NCBI GenBank assembly: GCA_035648655.1 | Contig: DASRLC010000143.1 | Coordinates: 1 to 63,367 of the forward strand | Length of the DNA stretch: 63,367 nucleotides | Source of the DNA: Polyangia bacterium | GTDB lineage: Bacteria > Myxococcota_A > Polyangia > Fen-1088 | Direction: 5' to 3' | In this document: positions 56,297-63,367 of the stretch, one piece after another | How the letters are laid out: every line of letters starts with the position of its first letter | Numbering within the stretch: the first letter of the stretch is position 1 | Notes under the pieces: model-generated | Told to the model about the DNA's origin: nothing | Databases searched by the model: none | Seen by the model: the letters and a program-made list of their open reading frames with translations, nothing else | Position numbers and translations under genes: made by a program

Positions 56297-56662
56297 ATGA
56301 CCAAGCTAACTCTACTGACAATTGGGATATCCGTCGCCCTCGCGGGCTCGACTCTGGCGGCGGCGCCCGCACCCACCGGCAGCGCCGACAAGACCGCCAA
56401 GACGGACAAGACCGCCAAAACGGCCAAGGGGCCCAACCCGATCAAGATGACCTGTGAGGATTTCCTCACATTGGAGGACGTTGCGAAGCCGAAAGTCGTC
56501 TACTGGGCCGAAGGATTTGACCGCAAGGGCAAAGCAGACGACGCCACGGTCGACGTCGAAACGACCGACCGTCTCGTGCCCGTGATCGTCGAAGTCTGCC
56601 AGAAGGAGCCGAAGGCCTCGTTCTGGAAAAAGATGAAGGCCGAGTTCAAGAAGGTCTTCTGA
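56297..56662 (+). CDS. HdeA/HdeB-family periplasmic acid-stress chaperone-like protein
   Basis: Signal peptide, then 'MTCEDFLTLEDVAKPKVVYWAEGF..KGKADDATVDVE....LVPVIVEVCQKEPKASFWKKMKAEFKK'. This aligns with E. coli HdeA 'WTCEDFLAVDESFQPTAVGFAEAL..KDKPEDAVLDVQ....VTPAIVQACTQDKQANFKDKVKGEWDK', including both Cys. Confidence 0.72.
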   Translation: MTKLTLLTIGISVALAGSTLAAAPAPTGSADKTAKTDKTAKTAKGPNPIKMTCEDFLTLEDVAKPKVVYWAEGFDRKGKADDATVDVETTDRLVPVIVEVCQKEPKASFWKKMKAEFKKVF

Positions 56663-56711
56663 TCGTCGAAACAATCCATCCGCTGACGCATTTACCAGGA
56701 AGAAGGCGACC

Positions 56712-56933
56712 ATGTCGAACCACAATTCCCATTCGGCCCATCACCACGTCCGTCCGGACGAGCCGGTGGTGACTCCCGTTCAACCGTCGAGCAAGCATTC
56801 CGCGTCGTCCGAAAGCATCGCTGCGCGAGCCTACGAGAAGTTCGTTGCCCGCGGGCGGACGCACGGCGGCGATCGAGAGGATTGGGCGGAGGCAGAGCGG
56901 GAGTTGACCCGCGGCGAGGCAGGGAAGGCTTAG
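56712..56933 (+). CDS. DUF2934-family small protein
   Basis: 'IAARAYEKFVARGRTHGGDREDWAEAEREL' matches the DUF2934 core. Confidence 0.65.
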   Translation: MSNHNSHSAHHHVRPDEPVVTPVQPSSKHSASSESIAARAYEKFVARGRTHGGDREDWAEAERELTRGEAGKA

Positions 56934-57012
56934 GAAGCGGGCGAATCCATTCCAAAGTGACGGCTATGGGGAAGACTACCGGCGTGGGTGGAGAGATGGG
57001 CCGCGACAATCG

Positions 57013-59469
57013 GTGGAGCCCTGTCCCGAAGCGAACGGACATTCGGTGACCTTCCCCCCTCGTCTCGCACCCGGCGGACCGGGAGGTCGGGCGCGTTGGA
57101 CCTCCAGCGCCAAGAGTGGCGTTGGTACGGCGCTCAGCAACAAGAGTCGCGTCTGGTTCACCTTGAGCCACGGGATCCTCAACGAGATCTATTATCCCCG
57201 CATAGACCAGGCCTGTATCCGCGACATGGGGCTCATCGTCACGGACGGAGCCACCTTCTTCTCGGAGGAAAAGCGCGATGCCGACTCTCGCGTTCGCTGG
57301 CTGGCCGATGGTGTTCCAGCGTTTCACCTGACCAATACCGCCCGCGATGGCCGCTACAAACTCGACAAAGAAATCGTAGCCGATCGGGATCGCGACACGG
57401 TCTTGCAAAGGACCCGCTTTCTGCCGCTGCGGGGCGCTCTCTCCAGCTACCACCTTTACGTGTTGCTCGCGCCGCACCTCGGAAACCAGGGAGGCGGCAA
57501 CAGCGCCTGGGTGGACGACTTCGAAGGGACGCCCTTTCTATTCGCACGACGGAACGGTAGTGCGCTCGCCTTGGCGTGCTCCGCCGTATGGACTAAGCGA
57601 TCGGTCGGCTATGTGGGATCGTCGGACGGCTGGCAGGATCTGAAGGCGCACAAGAAGATGACCTGGGAATATTCCCACGCCGAGAACGGCAACGTGGCGC
57701 TGGTCGGTGAGATCGACCTGATCGCGTCGCAAGGAGAGTTCGTCTTGGCGTTGGGGTTCGGCAGCCAACCGGAGGAGGCGGCTCGAAACGCCGTCACGAG
57801 CCTGCGGGGCGGCTTTGACGGAGCGAAAGAAGGGTTTCTCGCCGGGTGGCAGGACTGGGCCGCGGCCCTCGCGCAGCCGAAGAAGGGCTCCACCACACCG
57901 AATGGCCTGTCGCAGAAGAGCCTGGCTGTTCTGCGGTCACATGAATCCAAAATGGCGCCGGGCGGGCTCATCGCCAGCCTTTCCATACCTTGGGGCTTCA
58001 GCAAAGGTGACAACGACCTCGGTGGCTACCATCTGGTCTGGTCGCGGGACATGGTGGAGACGGCAGGCGGCTTGTTGGCCGCCGGTGCGCACGACGAGGT
58101 ACGTCGCGTCCTGGCCTATTTGCGCGGAACCCAGCAAACCGATGGCCACTGGTCGCAAAACATGTGGCTGGATGGCTCGCCGTATTGGAACGGCATTCAG
58201 ATGGACGAGACGGCGTTGCCCATCCTCCTCGTGGACTTGGCCTTTCGCCAAAAGGCACTGACGAAGGCCGAGGTGGTTCAGCTATGGACCATGGTGCGGC
58301 GCGCAGCCGGTTACCTAGTGCGTAACGGCCCGGTCAGCCCGCAGGATCGCTGGGAAGAAGATCCCGGCTATTCGCCGTTTACCGTCGCAGCGCAAATCGC
58401 CGCGCTCCTGGCGGCGGCGGATCTGGCTGATTTGAGCAATGAGGCTGCCCTCGGCAGCTACCTCCGCGAGACAGCCGACGTCTGGCACTCATCCATCGAC
58501 CGCTGGATGTACGCTTCGGAGACGGATTGGTGCCGGCGGTACGACGTCAAGGGCTACTACGTCCGAATCGCACCCAAACAGACGGGCGGAGCCGACGCGC
58601 GCTTCGAGAGCGGCGTCCGGATCAAGAACGTCGCGGCCTCCGAGGACACCCTGGCCGCCATCCATCTGGTGAGCCCCGACGCCCTGGCGCTGGTGCGCTT
58701 CGGCCTCCGCGCCGCGGACGATCCGCGGATGCGCGACACGACGAAGGTCATCGACGCGTTGCTCAAAATCGAGACGCCGACCGGACCGACGTGGCATCGA
58801 TATAACGGCGATGGCTACGGCGAGCACGAGGACGGGACGCCGTTCGACGGAACCGGGATTGGTCGGGGCTGGCCCCTGCTGACCGGCGAGCGGGCCCATT
58901 ACGAGCTGGCGCGGGGACAGGTGGACAGCGCGAAGGCTCTCTTGGCGACGATGGAATCCTTCGCCAACGAGGGCGGCCTGATCTCGGAGCAGGTATGGGA
59001 CTCGCCAGACATCGCGGCCCACGAGCTCCACCTCGGCCGGCCATCGGGTTCGGCCATGCCGCTCGTGTGGGCGCACGCCGAGCACCTCAAGCTGCGACGC
59101 TCGCTGGAAGACGAGCGCCTCTTCGACTTGCCGCCACAGACAGTCCGGCGGTACCTGACCGACCACACCGAGTCCCCCCGTATGATCTGGCGCTTCAACC
59201 ACAAGATCCGATCGATGCCGCCGGGAAAGCTGTTGCGCATCGAAACGCTGGCGCCGGCCGTCGTTCACTGGAGCGCCGACGACTGGCGTACCGTCCAGGA
59301 CGCGACGACCCACGATGCCGGCTTGGGGATTCATTTCGCCGATCTTACGACCAGAGCGCTTCCTGAAGGACAACGCGTTTTCTTTACGTTCTACTGGCCG
59401 CACGGCGATCACTGGGAAGGTACGAACTTCACGGTCGCGGTCGGGTCCCTTGGCGTCGCCTCCATCTGA
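57013..59469 (+). CDS. GH15 glucoamylase / glucodextranase-type glycoside hydrolase
   Basis: N-domain 'VWFTLSHGILNEIYYPRIDQA' and catalytic (alpha/alpha)6 region with 'HLVWSRD' and 'DRWEEDPGYSPFT' (the WEE general-acid context). Confidence 0.85.
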   Translation: MEPCPEANGHSVTFPPRLAPGGPGGRARWTSSAKSGVGTALSNKSRVWFTLSHGILNEIYYPRIDQACIRDMGLIVTDGATFFSEEKRDADSRVRWLADGVPAFHLTNTARDGRYKLDKEIVADRDRDTVLQRTRFLPLRGALSSYHLYVLLAPHLGNQGGGNSAWVDDFEGTPFLFARRNGSALALACSAVWTKRSVGYVGSSDGWQDLKAHKKMTWEYSHAENGNVALVGEIDLIASQGEFVLALGFGSQPEEAARNAVTSLRGGFDGAKEGFLAGWQDWAAALAQPKKGSTTPNGLSQKSLAVLRSHESKMAPGGLIASLSIPWGFSKGDNDLGGYHLVWSRDMVETAGGLLAAGAHDEVRRVLAYLRGTQQTDGHWSQNMWLDGSPYWNGIQMDETALPILLVDLAFRQKALTKAEVVQLWTMVRRAAGYLVRNGPVSPQDRWEEDPGYSPFTVAAQIAALLAAADLADLSNEAALGSYLRETADVWHSSIDRWMYASETDWCRRYDVKGYYVRIAPKQTGGADARFESGVRIKNVAASEDTLAAIHLVSPDALALVRFGLRAADDPRMRDTTKVIDALLKIETPTGPTWHRYNGDGYGEHEDGTPFDGTGIGRGWPLLTGERAHYELARGQVDSAKALLATMESFANEGGLISEQVWDSPDIAAHELHLGRPSGSAMPLVWAHAEHLKLRRSLEDERLFDLPPQTVRRYLTDHTESPRMIWRFNHKIRSMPPGKLLRIETLAPAVVHWSADDWRTVQDATTHDAGLGIHFADLTTRALPEGQRVFFTFYWPHGDHWEGTNFTVAVGSLGVASI

Positions 59470-59483
59470 CGCGGGCACGACGG

Positions 59484-60857
59484 ATGGCACCTAAAGCCGG
59501 GTCGCAGGTAACCGGGTTCGTATATGTCGCGGTCGGCGTCGCGGCTATCGGCGGCCTGCTCTTTGGCTATGATACCGGCGTCATTTCCGGGGCGATACTG
59601 TTCATTACGCGCCAGTTTTCCCTGTCGGCGACAATGGAAGAGGTCGTCGTTAGCTCCGTTCTGGTTGGCGCTGTCATTGGAGCCGTCATCGGCGGTGTCT
59701 TGACCGACCGCTTTGGGCGCCGCACGATGATAATCGTAGCTGGCATCATCTTTACCGGGAGCGCAATCGGCACGGCGCTGGTACCGTCGGTGACCTGGTT
59801 GATTGCGGCCAGGATGGTAAGCGGCGTCGGCATTGGCATCGCGTCGTTCATTTCTCCCATGTACATCGCCGAGCTGGTCCCAGCAAAGGTTCGCGGTGCC
59901 CTGGTGGCGGTCAACATGTTGGCGATCACCACTGGCATCGTGGTCGCCTACCTGGTGGACTATGCGTTGTCTGGCATCCAGGGATGGCGATACATGTTTG
60001 CTTTCGCGGCCATACCGTCAGCCGGCCTGGTCATCGGAATGTGGCGGCTGCCTGACAGCCCACGCTGGCTGATAAGCAAGGCGAAGATCGACGAAGCGCG
60101 AAAGGTATTGCAGCGCGTTCGGACCGCCTCAGACGTGGGGCCAGAAATCGCAGACATCCAGCAAAGCATGAAAAAGCAACGCCAAGGCGGGATGGCCGAG
60201 CTCTTTGCCCCATCCATCAGGATGCCTTTGATCGTCGGCCTGGGGCTGGCCGTCTTTCAGCAGATAACGGGCATCAACACCGTCATCTACTATGCTCCGA
60301 CCATTTTCAAGTTCGTGGGCATCAGCGGTACGGGTCCAGCGATCCTGGCCGGCGCCGCGCTGACCATAGTGATGTGGTTATTTCATATATTGGCCATCTT
60401 CTTGCTGGATCGCGTCGGCCGACGTCCGCTATTGTTAGTCGGCGTCGCCGGGCAAATCGTCGGCCTGGGGATCCTGGGGGCCTCTTTCGAGCTCCAGCAG
60501 TTGGCGAGTATAAAGAGCTATCTGGCGCTGGGCGGCCTGGGTATCTACGTAGCGTGTTTCGCCTTTGGGCTGGGGCCGATCTTCTGGCTGCTGATTTCCG
60601 AGATTTATCCGCTCGAGGTCCGCAGCGCGGCGATGAGCGCGGTGACGGTTACCAACTGGGGAATGAACCTGGCCGTCGCCGTGACATTCTTGACTCTGGT
60701 CGGCGTTCTGGGGCGCGCGGGGACCTTTTGGTTGTACGGAGTAATCGCCGTCGGAGCCTGGATCTTTTTCTACCTGCGGGTGCCGGAGACGAAGGGCAAA
60801 ACCCTCGAACAGATTGAAGAGCACTGGCGAGGGGGAAAGCCCGCACGGGCATTGTAG
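59484..60857 (+). CDS. MFS sugar porter (sugar:H+ symporter)
   Basis: 'GYDTGVISGA', 'DRFGRR', 'PDSPRWL' and 'PETKGKTLEQIE'. 14 nt after the GH15 stop. Confidence 0.9.
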   Translation: MAPKAGSQVTGFVYVAVGVAAIGGLLFGYDTGVISGAILFITRQFSLSATMEEVVVSSVLVGAVIGAVIGGVLTDRFGRRTMIIVAGIIFTGSAIGTALVPSVTWLIAARMVSGVGIGIASFISPMYIAELVPAKVRGALVAVNMLAITTGIVVAYLVDYALSGIQGWRYMFAFAAIPSAGLVIGMWRLPDSPRWLISKAKIDEARKVLQRVRTASDVGPEIADIQQSMKKQRQGGMAELFAPSIRMPLIVGLGLAVFQQITGINTVIYYAPTIFKFVGISGTGPAILAGAALTIVMWLFHILAIFLLDRVGRRPLLLVGVAGQIVGLGILGASFELQQLASIKSYLALGGLGIYVACFAFGLGPIFWLLISEIYPLEVRSAAMSAVTVTNWGMNLAVAVTFLTLVGVLGRAGTFWLYGVIAVGAWIFFYLRVPETKGKTLEQIEEHWRGGKPARAL

Positions 60858-60920
60858 TGACTGCGACACGATGAACGTGGCGCGTGGGCTGGTGCGCGCG
60901 ACGACCGCCCTCGGATCACG

Positions 60921-62732
60921 TCAGTCTCCGAAGAGCGCCATCCCCTCCGCCAAGGCTTCGGCCATCCCCGCTTGGGTCACGATGCCCGCGACCGACGTCT
61001 TCGGGGCAGTCGCGGCGGTCCGTTCTCCAGACGTAACAACTGCGACCGACGAGTGGAACGCGGCCATCTTGGCCAACAGATCGACGAGCGTCTCGTCACC
61101 GGGAATGACTATGAAATCTTGACGCGCGACCTCGGCCAACCGGCTCGCCGATTTGAGGCGCGATTCGTGGCCCGAGGCCCACCCGCGCGCGATTACCCCA
61201 ACCACTTCTTCTCCCCGCAGGAGCACGACGTGAACTGGCAAGTGGGCGTCGTCGCTCAGCTCCAGCGCGTCGGGCGGATCGTCGGCCGACATCACTTGGA
61301 CCGGCTCCAATCGGAGATCCGACACATGCTGGACCAAGTGGGTGTTGGCCTGCAAGGCCTGTGGCATGTAATGCCCACGCCGGGCGAGCTTCATGGTGTA
61401 GATGCTCTCCGCGAAGAGGACGCGCCGCAGGCCATAGCTGACGGCGGCCGTAATGGTGAGCGGCAAGATCACGCCGTAATCGAGCGTCATCTCGAAGATC
61501 ATCACGATCGCCGTCAGCGCGGCGCCGGTCGCCCCGGCCACGAGACCCGCCATGCCGGCCAACGCGAACGCCGCGGGATTGACGTGGAGGCTGGGCAGAC
61601 AAGCGCGTAGACCGATCCCGTATGCCGCACCTAGGGTCGCGCCCATGAAGAGCGAGGGTGAGAAGACGCCGCCCGATGCGCCGGATCCGAGCGTGAGGGA
61701 GGTGGCCAGCAGCTTCAACGCCAGCAGCGCAAGCAGGAGGAAGATCCCGTTCAGCGTCCCAGAGAGGATATCGAGGATGGTCGCGTAGCCGACCCCTTCG
61801 ACATAGTAATGGCCTGCGAAGCGCATGAACAGGACGGCGATGATCCCCACGCCCAGCATTCCGACCGCGTGCCGCAGATAGGGCCGCTCCGGAATGAACC
61901 GCTCGAAGAGATCCTCCGCGCCGTAGATCGCGCGAATGAAGGCCGCGGAGACCAGAGCCATCAGACAGCCGAGCAGGACGTACGCCGGCAAGAGCGCAAA
62001 ACCCGCCCCCACGTTCGCGGCCGTGGCGGGCACGTCGAAGGCCGGATGGTTCCCGAGCAGATAGCGCCCCACATAGGTAGCGGTCGCTGTCGCCAGCGCC
62101 ACCGGGACCAACGTGCGGACGCTGATCTCGAGCATGAGGATCTCGACCGCGAAGAGAACGCCGCCGATCGGGGTGTTGAATGTGGCGGCGATCCCGGCGC
62201 CGCCGCCCGCCGCCACCAGCGTCGCGAGCTGCCAGCGCGACGCCCGCGCCAGTTGCCCGACCGAGGAAGCGAAGGCCGCCCCGATCTGGATGATCGGTCC
62301 CTCGCGCCCGACGGATCCGCCGCTGCCGATGGAGAGCGCGGAGGCCATGGATTTGACCAGCGCCACCACCGGGCGGATGACCGCTTTCTTGTAATAGACG
62401 GCGTCCATCACCTCGGGCACGCCGTGTCCCTTCGCCTCCGGGGCCAGGTTCTTCACCAGGAAGACGACGAGCACGCTTCCGATCGCCGGCGCGAAGACCA
62501 CCCAGTGGCCCCACGGCCCGACGGGCGTGTGCAGGTTGCTGTCGTAGCGCCAGGAGAGGTCCTGCAAGAAGAAGAGGTTGTGCAAGAAGCCGATGAGGAC
62601 CCGGAATCCGAAGGCTCCGACGCCCGCGACGATCCCGACGACGACCGACAGCAGAGACAACGCAAGCGTGTTGAGGGCGTGATGTCTCTCGGCGCCGGCA
62701 GCAGCACCCCCGATCCGTCGCTCAGTGACCAT
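60921..62732 (-). CDS. ClC-family chloride channel / Cl-:H+ antiporter with C-terminal CBS pair
   Basis: 'GSGGSVGREGP', 'GIAATFNTPIGGVLFAVE' and 'GASGGVFSPSLFMG', plus a C-terminal region of about 150 aa of CBS type. Confidence 0.9.
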   Translation of the reverse strand: MVTERRIGGAAAGAERHHALNTLALSLLSVVVGIVAGVGAFGFRVLIGFLHNLFFLQDLSWRYDSNLHTPVGPWGHWVVFAPAIGSVLVVFLVKNLAPEAKGHGVPEVMDAVYYKKAVIRPVVALVKSMASALSIGSGGSVGREGPIIQIGAAFASSVGQLARASRWQLATLVAAGGGAGIAATFNTPIGGVLFAVEILMLEISVRTLVPVALATATATYVGRYLLGNHPAFDVPATAANVGAGFALLPAYVLLGCLMALVSAAFIRAIYGAEDLFERFIPERPYLRHAVGMLGVGIIAVLFMRFAGHYYVEGVGYATILDILSGTLNGIFLLLALLALKLLATSLTLGSGASGGVFSPSLFMGATLGAAYGIGLRACLPSLHVNPAAFALAGMAGLVAGATGAALTAIVMIFEMTLDYGVILPLTITAAVSYGLRRVLFAESIYTMKLARRGHYMPQALQANTHLVQHVSDLRLEPVQVMSADDPPDALELSDDAHLPVHVVLLRGEEVVGVIARGWASGHESRLKSASRLAEVARQDFIVIPGDETLVDLLAKMAAFHSSVAVVTSGERTAATAPKTSVAGIVTQAGMAEALAEGMALFGD

Positions 62733-62938
62733 CCGTCATCCCGACCTACAGCATGCACACGCCGGCACGGAAACGCGACCGAGTTGCCGTCGATCGCTAC
62801 AAATCGAGGACCCCGGAGATGGCCGGTACGACGGGCTCATAGACCTGGGCCTCCCGACTCGAGATTCCGTAGAGCCCATCGCGTTTCCGTGATCGTTCCG
62901 AGCGACCTCCCGCATTAGCTTCTTGGAGGTACCGGGCG

Positions 62939-63241
62939 TTGAGATCTATGCCTAGAGCCTTCGGAGCGCTGCTGTTCGCATCACTCTGTACGATCGGATG
63001 CGCCCCGGGAGATGGCGCGGGTGGCGCGACCGCCACGCGCGACGATGGAGGCGCGAAAGATACGGCTGGGTCGGGAAGTGGCGGCGCGTCGGGTTCTGTC
63101 GGCACGGCCGGAGGTGGCGCGACGGAAGCAGGCGGCGCGATCGGCGCAGGCGGCGCGATCGGCGCAGGCGGCGCGATCGGTACGGGTGGCACGACGGCCA
63201 CCGGTGGCGCGGGTGCTGCCGCAGGTCGAGGCGGCGCGTAG
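62939..63241 (+). CDS. Gly-rich putative lipoprotein (possibly truncated or distorted by the terminal palindrome)
   Basis: 'MPRAFGALLFASLCTIGCAPG' signal and lipobox, followed by a Gly/Ala-rich repeat region. Its stop lies inside the terminal inverted repeat. The antisense Pro-rich ORF was rejected. Confidence 0.4.
   Translation: MRSMPRAFGALLFASLCTIGCAPGDGAGGATATRDDGGAKDTAGSGSGGASGSVGTAGGGATEAGGAIGAGGAIGAGGAIGTGGTTATGGAGAAAGRGGA
63131..63184 (+). repeat. 18-nt tandem repeat (2 exact copies + 1 partial)
   Basis: ggcggcgcgatcggcgca at 63131-63148 and 63149-63166. The third copy diverges after 14 nt. It encodes GGAIGA repeats. Confidence 0.85.
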
Positions 63242-63367
63242 GCGGGCGCAGGTGGTGCGCCATCCGGCCTAGGCGGAAATGGCGGCGCCGGCGCAGGCGG
63301 CGCCATTTCCGCCTAGGCCGGATGGCGCACCACCTGCGCCCGCCTACGCGCCGCCTCGACCTGCGGC
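63218..63367. repeat. perfect terminal inverted repeat (fold-back palindrome) reaching the window end
   Basis: Checked base by base: 63218-63284 is the exact reverse complement of 63301-63367 (67-nt arms, 16-nt spacer 63285-63300). The right arm is cut by the window edge. Confidence 0.9.

Noticed and set aside
62736-62760. gtgtgcatgctgtagg upstream of the ClC gene, and gggcatgctgtctccgtagg at about 41285-41305, resembling the gcgcatctgtaggg block of the conserved element.
   Set aside because: Only about 10 nt of loose similarity. The position relative to the start codon differs (about 10-30 nt versus about 150 nt), and none of the other conserved blocks is present. Chance is the likely explanation.
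62797-63306. 169-aa Pro/Ala-rich minus-strand ORF (PAPIAPP repeats).
   Set aside because: It is the complement of the Gly-rich plus-strand ORF, which has a proper signal peptide and lipobox. It also runs through the terminal palindrome, so part of it is probably artefactual. This rejection is not certain.

Overview
High-GC, densely coding bacterial chromosomal segment. The GC lipoboxes, an AgmX/PglI-type C-terminal domain and Gly-rich lipoproteins suggest Myxococcota, but that is inference. I saw no rRNA, tRNA, CRISPR array, transposase or integrase. All family calls come from motifs I recognise in the ORF translations; no database search was run.

Layout:
- 1-5.3 kb: lipid-related genes (psd, a membrane-anchored class-III aminotransferase, an Mpo1-like protein, an alpha/beta hydrolase).
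- 5.4-10 kb: lipoprotein metallophosphoesterase, di-haem cytochrome c peroxidase and a HupE/UreJ-like protein.
- 10-16.6 kb: ppk1, a second metallophosphoesterase and small secreted or J-domain proteins.
- 16.8-40.1 kb: an uninterrupted minus-strand run. Its core is a very tightly packed 14-cistron array: gnd, zwf stub, tal-pgi, pgm, glgP, HAD, ackA, Cu-ATPase, xfp, rpiB stub, fba, tpiA, H+-ATPase, ppk2. Upstream of it lie a glycogen debranching enzyme and a small six-Cys secreted peptide.
- 40.3-41 kb: a hypothetical gene plus an HPF/RaiA-like gene.
- 41.3-49.8 kb: a complete Bat/MoxR-VWA operon.
- 49.8-51.8 kb: a CusRS-like two-component pair.
- 51.9-53.2 kb: a CdaA-YbbR fusion.
- 53.5-62.7 kb: a plus-strand stress and sugar array (PRC-barrel, six-BON protein, HdeA-like chaperone, DUF2934, GH15 glucoamylase, MFS sugar porter) followed by a convergent ClC channel.
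- The window ends in a perfect fold-back palindrome.

Most interesting observations:
1. The glycogen-to-acetate (phosphoketolase/acetate kinase) array is co-cistronic with two P-type ATPases and PPK2.
2. A roughly 150-nt non-coding element is present in near-identical form, in the same orientation and at the same distance (266 vs 267 nt) upstream of both that array and the PRC/BON/HdeA array. This suggests one regulon.
3. Two gene stubs (zwf N-terminus, rpiB C-terminus) bracket a 13.6-kb block and look like scars of a cassette replacement.
4. An orphan bufferin-like six-Cys peptide gene has no maturation genes nearby.
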